From assembly GCA_965113315.1 (NCBI GenBank), contig OZ220376.1: a stretch of DNA of 64,000 nucleotides, one strand, 5' to 3'. Position numbers and translations under genes: made by a program. Positions 1-12,895 of this stretch are shown piece after piece (positions within the stretch are counted from its first letter, which is position 1; the number at the start of each line of letters is the position of its first letter). Source of the DNA: Podarcis vaucheri. Taxonomy: Eukaryota. The notes beneath the pieces are model-generated. The model was not told where the DNA came from and ran no database searches. It saw only the letters and a list, made by a program, of their open reading frames with translations.

Positions 1-1836
1 ATGATCTTATTGTTGTTTTTGTAAACCACTTCGAAGTTTATTTTTTTACAATCAAATGGTGTGTAAATTTTATGAAGTAAAATTATCTGCATATGTAATT
101 TCAATTGTTTCCCCACGCTTTGGAGAGTGTAGAGCTTTTTATGTGTGCACATTGCACTGTGTCCATTCAGCACTTGGCCAGTGGAGACCCAATTTATGTG
201 GGCAAATGAAGCTCTGGCCCACCAACCTCTGTTAGCTGCCCAGCAGCCCCCTACGTGCCTTGTTACTTACAACCAGATGGGGGCAAAAAGAAAAAATTGT
301 TGCCTCTTCCTGTCATTGGCTCTGGCGCCCCCTACTGTTGGGCTCCCTGCTTTCTGCCCTGCCAGGCACAAAGGGCACCAGCTGCTATGGCACTTGATAA
401 ATTCATGGAGGGTAAGGCTGTCACTGGCTATGAGTCATGATGGCTACCTCCACTATTAGAACTTAGATAGTGATAGGCCGATTAAATGGGGAGGGGCTAT
501 GCAAAATAGGACTGACTCCATTCTCATTGGCTCCTATCAAGATCTGTGGGGTCAAGTAAATTTGGGGGTGCTGTTGAAGAATGGGATGGGGAAGCTGGGG
601 GCAGGGGTAAAATCTGTCTTCTGCTCCCAGGCAGTGGGTGGCCTAGCTTTTCGCCTGCCACAATGACTGGCATTGTGTCAGTTTTCAGATATTTCAGGGT
701 ACTTTCGAATGTAACAGAATTACACCCCAAAGGCCTCCTTTTCATATTGTGTTCTGACTTCTGTCAGACCTTCCTTTGTTTTCTGTGGGAGTTTACTATT
801 ACTGATATAAATTTTTTGTTAAGTCATTTTCTCTCTCTCACACACACACAAGCACACCATCGGTTGTGACTGGCATGCTTAAAGACCCTTTATCTTAAAG
901 CCTTTATCTTAAAGCCTATGTCTAAACAGCCTCTTTAAAAGGCTGGCTTCATTATCGTGGCATCTGCTCACCGTGAATGAGTGCCTTTCAGAAGTCCCCA
1001 TTATAAAGTTCAGCCTGCTCTGGTTTATAGTTTATAGTTCAGTAATAAAAAATTGCTGTAGGCTGTAAGTTGGGGATACAAAGCATTTCTTCATACAACA
1101 ATTGCGGTTGTTTTTTGGTTTTTTATAAGGTATTGATGCATGGCACTCTTACAAAAGTTGTTCAGTATGACTTTAGTTTTACCTCATAGATTTATTTAAT
1201 TTTTTAAAAAAAAATATGTTTCATACGTTTGAAATGCTGGCTGCTTTGCATAGCAATCTACCTATATACACACAAAAACACACATGAAAATCCCTAAAAG
1301 CAAAGGGTGAGGGTCCCATCCTCTGTGGCTTCTCCCTGCCTACAGAATCCTCCACCCCATCCTCCTCTTCTTCCTCTTCACCAGACAGCAACTCCCATCC
1401 CAAACCTGCCCCTGAGACACAAGCATGAAGCATTATCACAGCCCAGTGACACTTTCCAGCCAGGCAAAAGTACTTTGAGCCTGCATAGCAGAGGCAGTGA
1501 AACATGCGGCTTAGTGGCAGGGATCATGGTCCGGGGAGAGACCCAGGGCCAGACAGAGAGGGCTCAAGGGCCACATTCAGCCCCTGTAAGAACACCAGAT
1601 GAGCTTTCTGGACCAGGCCAATGGCACATCAATTCTAGCATCCATCCTGTTGCACCTTAGTATTGCACAAACCCATCTTAACAACGCAGTTAACTTAACC
1701 AGCAGAATAATTTCTTGCCATAGCTTATGCAAAAAAGTCATTTCTATCAGGTGCTTCCCCACAGTTTGGCAAGAGGTATTCAAGCATGTGTATAGATAGA
1801 ATTCAGATAAGCAAGTATCGCTTCATGTGGTACATG

Positions 1837-1964
1837 CAGTGGCGTAGCGTGGGTTGTCAGCACCCGGGGCAAGGCAAGTAATTTGCGCCCCCTAACCCGC
1901 CCCCCCCAGATGTTGCGCCCGGTGCGGCCGGGGCCCCCCCTGCACCCCCCACGCTACGCCACTG
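1837..1964. mobile_element. 128-bp non-autonomous hAT-type MITE
   Basis: Perfect 17-bp TIR CAGTGGCGTAGCGTGGG and perfect 8-bp TSD GGTACATG (1829-1836, 1965-1972). Confidence 0.9.
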
Positions 1965-3056
1965 GGTACATGAGAGGTACTCTTTGTCATGTGTCCATTA
2001 GTTCTAATGCTGGAGTCACAGTTATGTCTGCAGTTGAGGGACACACACAGGAATGGGAGAGAAATTTGATTCAGTTTGCATTTAAAGGTGAACTTACTTA
2101 ATTTGTGCATTCTGAAACAGTATATGAACTGAAACATAGCCATCTTTGAAATGAGCCTGTCTCCAAATTGTGCAATGCAAGCAGCAAATACCAAAATAAT
2201 AATGCACATATTTGTGTAAAGTGTGCATAAAAACGTATATAGTAGTGAAAATAATACCCAAGAATGTACAACATTAGGGAAAATTGCTTTGCAAAAATGC
2301 ATATACCGTGCAAAATTGCACGAAGACACATATATTAGGAGAAATTCATATTAAAATACTGACCTTAAAAAATAAATCACATATCATAAAGTTATAAAAT
2401 AAAAATTAGGAAGTCACGCAAGGGTGAAGGGAAGACATAGGGTAAGATAAGACGCAAGTAAGAAATGACTAGATATTGGTACATAATGAAATGAAAAATG
2501 TGAATTTACAAGTATAATGTATATGTAATACTATGTAGACATTTTGTATATGTATTGAGATATCAATCAATCAACAAGGAAATATTGAGAACTCATATGG
2601 AGAACCTCCATGCACCCATTATGGGACACAGTCTCAAGAGTCAGGGTCTGATTTGTACCAAGAAAAATTAGCCTTGTAATTGATGTAGAGAAATGACGGG
2701 ACAGAGGTGCTCATCTGATCTCCCGGCAGGTGAGTCACTGCTATTTAGCAAGGAGGGGCAAATCACACTGGCAGACGCAGCCTGGTATTTCTACCAGTGC
2801 ATTTGCATCTCTCCTGCTTCTCACTGCCTCACCCATTTCCTCCTCCCAGGTGAACGTTGTCGCCCCACCACAACTTCCACTACTGATACTTAGATGTGTA
2901 TATACTTGTAAATTGATTTGCATTGTTTAGTTGGCATGCAGTTGCAGAAGATTTTGTCGTGTTCATGTCTAAATGTTACAAAGCGGTTGCAGTCTCAGTG
3001 TGTGTTTGTTAATAGACTGGCACAGACTAATTTGCCCTCTTTTCCTTCCACTCAGA

Positions 3057-3238
3057 ATGGCACACATAATAAAATTCGTGAATAGCTGGTTTTGGTGGGA
3101 GAGCATCTGGATGCCTGCCAACTGTAGCTGGTCGGACTATGAAGATCGCAATGGATACACCTTTCCGAAACCACAACAGTTATTGGTCACAATTCCATAT
3201 GCTTTTGGGATGTTGGCTCTTAGGTTCTTTGTTGAAAG
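3057..3238 (+). CDS. CERS3: Ceramide synthase 3, coding exon 1 (MAHIIKFVNSWFWWESIWMPANCSWSDYEDRNG...LRFFVER)
   Basis: Polypyrimidine tract and CAG acceptor (AG 3054-3055), ATG at 3057, CerS N-terminal WFW..W.P...W.D motif, donor AAG|GTAT, phase 2. Confidence 0.93.
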
Positions 3239-3721
3239 GTATCTATTTCTCTTTTACTTTTATCTATTGCTTTTCCAAAGCTCCAAGAATGCGAAGGCAA
3301 TGGGAAGATTGCTTCAAATTGCCCGCATATAGCTGTAATGTTACGAAGCTGTGTGTAGCTTCATTAGAATTTTTTCTTGTTTGGTTTTGAAGCCTCTTGA
3401 AGTAAGTGCCTTGCTCCTTTTTCCCATTCTGTTTCTAGCTGAATAGATTTTCGTAACATTGAGGTGAGGAGATTATACCTTAGACCACATGCCTCCCAAG
3501 GAGCGTCTCAGGATCTAAAACTGAGGTGTGGGCCCAACCTAGAGCAGGTTACTGCATATATTATTACTATTACTATTATTATTATTATTATTATTATTAA
3601 AGATAAAGTGGTGTAGAAAGGTGAAGGCATATGTAAAGAAAGAAATCGAGGGATAAAATACCATAAAACAAAAGTTGCATGCATTAATTCACAGTAATAT
3701 GCACCAAGATAGGAATCAATG

Positions 3722-3781
<60 letters not shown>
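3722..3781. repeat. (AAT)n microsatellite; (TAT)n at ~3560-3599
   Basis: Direct reading. Confidence 0.95.
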
Positions 3782-3782
<1 letters not shown>

Positions 3783-4402
3783 CTCACCCATCCTTCTGGG
3801 TTACCCCAGCTAAGGCTGACCTCACTACTTTATTTATTCATTTTATTAAGTTTCAGCAATGGAAATGAAGTCTTTTGCTATTGCACTGTCATGTCTTAAA
3901 ATATTTACAAGTGTTCCAAGAAAAATGAATGAAGAATATAATATTTCAACTTTGACTTCTTGGGAGGAGGAGCTTGGCTGAAAGCCAGGAAGGGGTGGAG
4001 CCTCCAATTCTCCTACCCAGGCCATTAGTCTGAGCTGCCGCATTGCTGAAGCAACATCTCTTGGCCACACTCCAGACATCCTTCTCTGGAGAAATTAGCT
4101 GGAAAGAGATGGGAGCAATTATATATACGGATATATCAGAAGCAGTTTGTTTGGCAGGTGTGGAACTGCTATGCTAACTTCTTGGCAGGTGCGTTGCTGC
4201 TACTTATGAGCAGGGAGGGATGAGGTGGCAGAGAGGCAAATGTACCAGCAGAGCCAATCTGGGTGGTCCTTAATCTTTGCACTGTTCTGACCTCAGCACC
4301 ACCTCACCTATTTCCCTCCTGGTAAGCAATAGCAATCCTCTTTCTGCGAAGCCAACGCAGTGGTTCCACCTCTCATGTTGTCTTCCTTCTTATCCAGCAG
4401 TA

Positions 4403-5043
4403 CAGTGGTACCTTGGTTCTCAAACTTAATTCATTCCGGAAGCTCGTTCCAAAACCAAGGCGCACTTTCCCATAGAAAGTAATGCAAAACAGATTAATCT
4501 GTTCCAGACTTTTAAAAACAACTCCTAAACAACAATTTAACATGGATTTTACTATCTAACGAGACCATTGATCCCTAAAATGAAAATAATAATCAATGTA
4601 CTGTACTATAAAATAAATAAGACAGTATAGTAGATGATAAAAATTGAAATTAAATATTTTTCTTACCTGCACAGATGATAGTCCTTGTTTGGATGGGGGG
4701 GCTTTTATCCATTTCCACGGTCACACAATCAATCAGTCAGGAGCTGAACTGGGTTCCACACAGTCACAAAAACAAATGAACCGAAAAAGCCTCAAAAACA
4801 AAAACGCAAAATAAATAGCAAAAAGAAAAGCGCCAAACTTAATCCGTTTGACTTCTGAAATGTTTGAAAACCAAGGCGCAGCTTCTGAGTGGTGCAGGTG
4901 CCCCGGAAACAATAGCTGACAGCCGTATCGGATGTTCGGCTTCCAAAAAACGTTCGAAAACTGTAACACATACTTCCGGGTTTTTGGCATTTGGGAACCA
5001 AGGCGTTTGAGTGCCAAGGCATTTGAGAACCAAGGTATCACTT
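4403..5043. mobile_element. Tc1/mariner (Tigger-like) non-autonomous element
   Basis: TIR CAGTGGTACCTTGGTTCTCAAA, flanking TA dinucleotides. Confidence 0.85.
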
Positions 5044-5248
5044 TATTCCTAAGTGCAGCACAGTCCAGCTAAAAGAGTGGCTGATTTTCCATGTGAAACC
5101 CTTTCCATAGTCACAGGTATCATTTCTCGGTGTTGCAGTAACAGTAGGAAAAGCAAACTCATCAGCAGATAGCACAGTTTCCACTGAAATCTATTAGAAT
5201 CATTGCCATTTCTTTTTTTAAAAAGGCTCCTCTTTTGCATCTCTCCAG

Positions 5249-5366
5249 GTGCATTGCTGCTCCTCTAGCAAATCTCATGGGCATAAAGAGTGTGAAGCGT
5301 GTCCGGCCCCAGAAGAACCCCACCTTGGAAACATTTTTCAGGAAGTGCACAAAAAAACCATCACAG
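5249..5366 (+). CDS. CERS3: CERS3 coding exon 2 (CIAAPLANLMGIK...KKPSQ), start of Hox-like domain
   Basis: ctctccag|G acceptor, CAG|GTGAAG donor, 118 nt, phase compatible. Confidence 0.93.
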
Positions 5367-6454
5367 GTGAAGGCTTCTTTAAAAGGATGTATCTTTAGTA
5401 GATGCCTGTTCGCAAAACCATCGCCTGTGCCTGTCTGCATTGGAGGTATAAGAAAGCACCGTTTTCCATTCCACCCTTCATCTGTCGCATGCAGCACTGC
5501 TTCCATTCCTCTGCAGTTCCTCTTCCACCAAAAACTGCATTCTTCGTCTTGCTGTCTTTTTGACTTAGCAGTTAGTTACAGAAATCATGCAAGTTACACG
5601 GTCACTACGTTATTCAATCCCATGTATTTCACGGTCATTACGTTATTTCAATCCCATGATTATACATAATTTGTGGACTGAAAGCAACAACACAGATTGA
5701 TTTCTGTTCTGGACAAGGGACAAATATGCAGACATCAGCAATTTCCATCCCCAGTTCTCTTGAAATTCTCCAACATCCCTAGTTCTGAATGCATATGGCT
5801 TTCTAAAACTTATATATCCCACTCGCTAGACCAGTACTGGAAATTCCAAGTGGCTCTCATAAATACATTTTTGTGTACATTTATGTTATGTTTTTATCTT
5901 GCGTTTTAGGCCCCAAATCATTAACTTAATAATGAAAATCCTATTCAGTTTACAATTCCCAGCACAGTACAAAATGCAGTAAAATCTAGCATAACAACAC
6001 CAAAAATTTGAAAATGCTATACATCCATGCAGTCGGTTCAAGTAACACAAATTCCCGCTGGTGCCGGTTTAACTAATCAAAGCCTTTCTGGAAAGGAAGA
6101 CTTCAAAATGCTTGATGCAAGTGGACTCTGAGGCACTCCTGATTTGCCCTGTAGACTTTGGAGGAGTTGCAGCCAGATTTGATCTTCACCACTTCCCCCC
6201 ACTCCTCTCTTACTGCTGCTGCCGCCCAGCCTGAGTCCTTGGGCAAGGGCTGGATTTTCAACTCTTAACAAATTAGAAACCAAAAAATGTAAAAACTGTA
6301 CATCAAAAGTAGTGTGGGTGAGTGGAACTGACCCCCACACTCTCCCCATGCTCTGATCCTTCAAGGGACTGTTTCTCACAATTCAGGGAGAAAACAGCAG
6401 CAGCATTCAGGAAGTGAGGGCACATGTGAGGCAGGACTGAATCAAAGAATTAAA

Positions 6455-7170
6455 GAGTTGGAAGAGTCATCTAGTCCAATCCCCTGCAATGCAGGAATCT
6501 CAGCTAAAGCATCCATGACAGATGGCCACCCAACCTCTGCTTAAAAACTTCTAAGGAAGGAGAATCCCCCACCTCTGTAGGAGTCTGTTCCACTGCCAAA
6601 CAGCTCTTACTGTCAGAAAGTTTTTCCGAATGTTTAGTCATAATCTCCTTTCTTGTAATTTGAAGCCATTGGTTCACGTCCTACCTTCCAGAGCAGGAGA
6701 AAACAAGTATGCTCCCTCTTCCATATGATAAAGGTAAAGGGACCCCTGACCATTAGGTCCAGTTGTGACCAACTGGGGTTGCAGCGCTCATCTTGCTTCA
6801 TTGGCCAAGGGAGCCGGCGTACAGCTTCCGGGTCATGTGGCCAGCATGACTCAGCCGCTTCTGGCGAACCAGAGCAGTGCACGGAAACGCCGTTTACCTT
6901 CCCGCCAGAGCGGTACCTATTTATCTACTTGCACTTTGATGTGCTTTCGAACTGCTAGGTTGGCAAGAGCAGGGACTGAGCAATGGGAGCTCACCCCGTC
7001 ACGGGGATTCGAACCGCTGACCTTCTGATCCCAGGCTCTGTGGTTTAACCCACAGCACCACCCGTGTCCCTCTTCCATATGATAGACCTTAATATATTTG
7101 AAGACGGCTATCATATTTCCTCTCAGTCTCCTCTTTTCCAGGCAAACATACCCAGCTTCTACAACCGTTC
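6455..7170 (-). mobile_element. CR1 3' fragment interrupted by a Sauria SINE
   Basis: Similar to the 3' end of the CR1 at 45643-48700; encodes LEKRRLRG...FKYIK. Confidence 0.85.
6731..7070 (-). mobile_element. Sauria SINE
   Basis: AAGGTAAAGGGACCCCTGACC tail, tRNA-like head, TSD (TCCC)TCTTCCATATGATA at 6713-6730 and 7067-7084. Confidence 0.92.
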
Positions 7171-8287
7171 CTTGATCTGGAAACCCTGAGTTCCACCCAT
7201 TTGTACCCTGCTTTTTCCGTCCCTTTCTTGCCGCATTCACACATCACAGTAAATCAGGGGTGGCCAACACGATGTCCTCAGGGTATACTCCAATTTCATT
7301 TTTTAAAAAAGATCTTTGAAAGACTGAGGAAGTAGAAAGGTTTCTGCCTGATGATAAAGAGATGTTAAGATAGGTCCCAGGAGGACCTTTCTGGGGGAAA
7401 CAGTGTGATTTACATAGATCATGTAATTTCACCACAGCAGGCTGTGAGACCATTAGCGTAGCTTCTGTCAAAAGACGAACTGCAGCAGAACGGAAGCAGT
7501 GCTACATGCAGGGAACGGGCAAAACAGAAAGCGATGCCTTCATACATCCCTAAGGGGGCTACTACTGAAAAGGCTCTTTCTCTCAAATGCCTCTCTTAAA
7601 TGACTTTAATCAGAAATAGAGAAGACGATGGTTTTAGAAATGGTTAGAGAGCAAGCACCATAAGATAGCAGAAGCACATGTGTTGGAGTAAGAAAGGGGA
7701 GGCAAAAGTTGGCTGGCAGGATAGTAAACAGAGACAGGTGGGGGGTACCCATTTTCCCAAAGCAGCTTCTGAACCAGTCCTATAAACAAGTGTGGTATAT
7801 CTCAAAATGGATCAATTTAGGCTGACATCCTGTACACAATTATATGGAACTCCTGCTGAGGTTAGTTTCAGATTAGCCATGCTGCTGGTTAATCTATTGT
7901 TGTTATTAATTAATTTTGTATACCGCACCCAGTGCTTTTTTCTGGGGGGCCAAACAAAGCATAAACAAAGAGTCTTGTGACACCTTGAAAGACTTAACAC
8001 ATTATATGCCACGAGCTTTTGTGCTCTTTAGCCCACTCTGTCCAGTGCTTGAATGGCCATGAAATCTTATGCCACAATAAATGCACGAGTCCTTAAGGCG
8101 TTGTTTTCACTGCAACAAACTTGAGTCAGCCCCTGCCCTCCAGAAAATGTGGAAAGTCAATGTCAGAAAGAAGTGCCTACTTCCTAGTGGTGAAAACTGC
8201 AGCCTTAGAAATGAGAAGGCCCTTTCTTTTTTGTCTTTACTTTGCCTCTAACCTGTGACATGTGTGTGCCACTGACTTTCCCCACAG

Positions 8288-8406
8288 TTGGAGATACGTG
8301 GATTAGCCAAAAAGTGTAACTGGACGGTGCACCTGGTGGAGAAATGGTTCCGCCGGCGGCGAAATCTAGAAATCCCAACTCTGCACAAGAAATTCCAGGA
8401 AGCTTG
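8288..8406 (+). CDS. CERS3: CERS3 coding exon 3 ([26 protein letters not shown]...KKFQEAC), Hox-like helix 3
   Basis: cccacag acceptor, TG|GTAAG donor, 119 nt, GLAKKC and WFRRRRN motifs. Confidence 0.96.
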
Positions 8407-8589
8407 GTAAGAACAGGCAGCATGGCCATCTGTGTGTGTAGAAAATGAGTGTGCCAGGGAGAAGAAGATGAGGCTAGGAGGACCTTTCTCTGTCTGTCTC
8501 TCTCTCTCCCCTCATTATAGTTGCATGGAAGAGTATTTCACCAGGGGAGTCCAAGGGAGCCTGACTCTTCAGCAGGGGCTGTACCAATT

Positions 8590-8910
8590 AGGGGATGGGG
8601 GTGGGTGGGTGGGTGGGTAGAAATTCAATTCAGTTCACATTTAAAGGCAAACATAACTAAGTCACACTTTCCAAAAGAATCCAAGAACCAAAAACGCAGC
8701 CCTTTGCATTATTTTCACAAATATATGAATTTGCCCTTGAATGTATGTTATACATATACAAATATTTGAATGTACCCTTTTGGTAACACATTACTTGTCT
8801 GGAGAACTGCATTACAAAATTCAGAGAAGGGTGATGGATGAGTGTGTTTCATTTCGCTTATTGTTTTGAATTTGAATTGAACTGAATAGGATTTCTCCTC
8901 CATCCCTACA
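8590..8910. repeat. Old dispersed repeat (copies ~2050-2350, 10490-10880, 38930-39290)
   Basis: Shared GAAATT(C/T).ATTCAGTT..CATTTAAAGG motif; family unassigned. Confidence 0.55.
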
Positions 8911-10556
8911 TATGACTAAATCACTCAGTGTGGGAGAGCTAATATTTCATCATTCTGAATATTAGGGAAAAAAATTATCAGGTTCTCTGTTCCTCCCATT
9001 CCCGCACCCAAAGCTTTCCTGTGTTACATCACTGTATTTCCACAGTGCAGGAGTAATGGCAATTTAAACCTCACCTTGTTTGCCTTTCACAGAATCTCAG
9101 CAGGTTCAAACTTGCAGATGATCCTGGGTACCATTTTGTTTTTAACTTTGCCTGTTTAGTTTTCTTCTCAGATCTCAAAATAGCTAAGCAAAACTGAGTT
9201 CTTGGTTTCAAAAGCCAAAGCTTAGCTGCCAAAGACCCTTTGGAAGTAAGTCCCACTAAATTACACGAGACTTACTTCCAGGTAAACAGCAGAGGTTATT
9301 CCGTGTGTAACTTAAGGGTTCATTCTGCTATTGTTCATGTCAACTGGCCAAGAGGGGGATGGGTAGAGGTGTTGCTTAGCAACTAAGCTGAGTGGCATGA
9401 TCTTCGCTAGTAGCGCATCTCTGATAGGCTGTTTACTTCTGAGGGAGTTTTCATCTGTACGGTCCTGGCTTCCAGTTCCTGAGGAACAAACACTCAAAGG
9501 AGAATTCTTCCCAAAGACTTTAAAGTGTAGATTGCAAATCGCTGGGTTAAGGCACTTTAGGCAATACACACAATTAATCCTGAATACACCTAAAGGTCAA
9601 AAGATGCTGTCACACCCTTGCTAATCCTATAAAGACGAAAGGAACCAACCCAGCTTAATGTAGCAAGTGTTTGTGGAATATCTCACTACGCCCAGTTGGT
9701 GGAGCCCTCTGTCCCTTTCGCCTTTGGTATCTCTTAGATCTAGATGCCTGGGAAGGTGTCTCTGCCTCCTGAGAGGCAGCCAGGCCCGGTGGAGAAAAGG
9801 CAGAGCTTCTCCCAGTGTCTGACAGCATTGGGGTGGGTGGCGTGGCAGGCACTGTGGAAGTGTCAGAGACAGACTCTGACCTGTGAGGAAGCAGGCAGGA
9901 CTCTCATTGCGGAGAGGGATGAGATGAGAGAGCAGGTTGAGGGACCCCCACCCCACCCCGGATCTTCACCACCAGGCTTCCCCAATCCTGGCAGAGACAC
10001 CCACATCATGCTGGAGCCTTCCCCCAGGTCCTCAGCAAGCTCTCCATGTGCATCGTCCTGACTTGGCCAACCCAGGGCAGTATGTTTGGTTGAATGTCTT
10101 TCTGCTTTGTACAAGGCCTGAACTAAGAAAGTTGAGTTTGCTTAGTGTTATCAGGACTTTTTTCTCCCTTAAATGACTTCGCTAACAATGCATAGAATCA
10201 GTCTTTTCATGTAGGTATTGCTTTCCATTCTTTGATGTTGGCTCAGTGGTCTTGCGGGTGGCCATACATCTGCAGTCTTCCAACAATATTCACCTACTCC
10301 TTCCTTCTTCTGCTTCATTACAAATCTTCCACTTCCTTTCATTGGGCTGTGTGATTCTAGCTGGCATTATATCTACACCCCCCAAAGGCACACTCCTCCA
10401 TTGTCTCCCGAGATAGACGGATGCCATCACAAAAAAATATCTGCACTGGCATTTTTCACCAAACATTAAGGAATGATATTTGATGATTTTAAGTTGTCTT
10501 AGCTTCTCATTTTTCCAATCTCAACTTCAGTTCTACACATTTCTGCAGCAATTTGT

Positions 10557-10592
10557 GTTTGTTTGTTTGTTTGTTTGTTTGTTTGTTTGTTT
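10557..10592. repeat. (GTTT)n microsatellite
   Basis: Direct reading. Confidence 0.95.
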
Positions 10593-10998
10593 AAAAAGCT
10601 CATTAAATTTAGCAGCATTTTAATGTGCCTTTCACCCACCAAACGCATTCGTGTATGAAGTTTTGTCTAATGTACACATTTTTGCAAGCCACTTGACCTA
10701 ACACAATGCATTTTGTATGTTATTTTCCGCAATTATATGCATGTATATGCACAATTTCCCCTAATGTAAGTGTAAAATTCTGAAGCATGTTTGTGTTTCG
10801 GTTCTTGTGTTGTTTCAGAAAGTGCAAGTTTGTTAGATTTGCCTTTAAATGTGAACTGAATCAGTTCTCTCCCCCATCCCTGATGCCCATCAAAACTGCA
10901 CTTTGCAATCATAATCAGAAGTAGGATTTTTGAACCCATTTCAGCTAACTACAATACTAGCAGTAATCAGAAACAATGTTAAAGCTAACCACAATGTA

Positions 10999-11138
10999 CC
11001 GTATTTTTCCATGTATAAGACTAGGGGTTTTTTTTACCAAAAAAATGGTTAAAAATTGGGGCTCCTCTTATACACGGGTAGTGCTGAGGGGTGTTTTCTT
11101 AATTGAGTCCCCCAAAATAGGGAGCGTCTTATATACGG
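10999..11138. mobile_element. Short TA-flanked mariner-type MITE remnant
   Basis: TA-CCGTAT...ATACGG-TA termini, sub-terminal TATAAGAC/GTCTTATA. Confidence 0.6.
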
Positions 11139-11301
11139 TAACTTTGAAAATGAAAGGAAGGAGTTAGGATGAAATGAAGGAGGTGGAAAGAAGGGATCTT
11201 TTTGATCTCCAAAATATGTACAGAAAATTGGGCAGCATTATGTCTACTCCAGCTGTGTGACTTCTGTGTTCTTAAATCCTTTTTTCCTTCTTTTTTTGCA
11301 G

Positions 11302-11359
11302 TTGGCGATTTATATTCTACTTGACATCATGTATTGCTGGAATTGTATTTCTCTATGAT
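11302..11359 (+). CDS. CERS3: CERS3 coding exon 4 (WRFIFYLTSCIAGIVFLYD)
   Basis: tttttgcag acceptor, GAT|GTAAGT donor, 58 nt; start of TLC domain. Confidence 0.96.
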
Positions 11360-11932
11360 GTAAGTTAAATGGGAGATAACAAGTGAACCTTTAATAAAAT
11401 CTTCATCAAAACTAAGGCCTGATCCTGCTTCCTCTAAAGCAAGATTTGCCATGTGCCCAGAATTTTTCCTTGTTGCAAAATAAGGGCTAGATTCCCAATT
11501 TCTTGGCAGTTGCTTGTCATGATAATCCCAAATCTAGTCTTATAAATGGGGATTTATGAAATTTTATTTGATTAAGAAGAAGCCAGGACTGGGGAATTAT
11601 CCTGCCCTCCTCTTAGTCCAATGCATGTTGTGGTATAGGGGTTTCTCCCCCACCCCCCGACGCTAGAACTCTTCAGGAAATCTGTAAGCAGGTTCTCCCA
11701 CTAATAGTAAAAAGAACTCTGTAAGGTAGACCGGAACTACCATCCTCATATTGCAAATGGCGGTGAGTGGCAGGTGAGTGAGAATGGCTTGCCTCAGGCC
11801 ACTTAGTGAGTTTGTGGCACAGGTGAGATTTGAACCAGCTCAGTTGCTCAGCCAGTGTGCTGCGCTCACTCTGTAACATGGAAAATAATGGTAATAATCT
11901 GCCTGATTCTGTTTTGTTTCGTTTTCCCCTAG

Positions 11933-11983
11933 AAACCCTGGCTTTATGATCTTTGGCAGGTTTGGGCCAACTATCCATACCAC
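11933..11983 (+). CDS. CERS3: CERS3 coding exon 5 (KPWLYDLWQVWANYPYH)
   Basis: ttcccctag acceptor, CAC|GTGAGT donor, 51 nt. Confidence 0.96.
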
Positions 11984-12383
11984 GTGAGTGCCGTTTCTGC
12001 TACTTCTCTTAGAGTTCTAATTGTCCCCTCTTTCTGAAAAGTCGTCCCACAACGCTTTAATGGGGTCAGAGTAACCTTCTTGTTCACCCCATGTTGAGTT
12101 TTGCATGCCCACTAGTCAAAAAGAGAAGAGTGCATAAGAACACAGGAAGCTGCCTCTTCCCAGGCCAGATTATTGGTTGATCTAGTTCAGTACACTGACT
12201 GGCTCTTTAGGATTTCAGATAGGGGTCTCTCCCAACCCTATGTGGAGGTGCTGGGGATTGAATTGCATGCAAAGTCCTTGGCCTCATCCCCCGAAGAAGA
12301 GAAAATCTATCCCAGGGTCATAACTGGCCCCTTTCTTTTAGGCATCCTTCTGTTATTCCTTGGCCACAGTGCTAACACCAATA

Positions 12384-12733
12384 CAGTGGTACCTCGGGTT
12401 ACGTACTTAATTCGTTCCGGAGGTCCATACTTAACCTGAAACTGTTCTTAACCTGAAGCACGACTTTAGCTAATGGGGTCTCCTGCTGCTGCCGTGCCGC
12501 CGGAGCACGATTTCTGTTCTCATCCTGAAGCAAAGTTCTTAACCTGAAACTGTTCTTAACCTGAAGCACCACTTTAGCTAATGGGGCCTCCTGCTGCTGC
12601 CGTGCCGCCGGAGCACGATTTCTGTTCTCATCCTAAAGCAAAGTTCTTAACCTGAAGCACTATTTCTGGGTTAGCGGAGTCTGTAAGCTGAAGCGTATGT
12701 AACCTGAAGCATATGTAACCTGAGGCACCACTG
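12384..12733 (+). mobile_element. Tc1/mariner MITE with internal 108-bp tandem duplication
   Basis: TIR CAGTGGTACCTCGGGTTAC, TA TSD; repeat units start at 12430 and 12538. Confidence 0.9.
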
Positions 12734-12802
12734 TACCAGTGTTTTCTCCCCTCCCCCAGACTGTCTGACTCAAGAGGTAATGGGCATTCTTTCTCTTTCC
12801 AG

Positions 12803-12895
12803 TCTTTGCTGTCATCGCAGTATTGGTACTACGTCCTCCAGATGAGCTTCTATAGTTCGCTGTTGCTTACTCTTGGATTTGACACCAAAAGGAAG
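12803..12895 (+). CDS. CERS3: CERS3 coding exon 6 ([31 protein letters not shown]), GC donor
   Basis: tttccag acceptor, 93 nt, ends at KRK of the KRKDF motif; donor is AAG|GCAAGT. Confidence 0.94.

Noticed and set aside
12384-12733. CRISPR-like array suggested by recurring TAACCTGAAG motifs
   Set aside because: Internal repeats of a TIR-bounded MITE in a vertebrate genome; no unique spacers or cas genes
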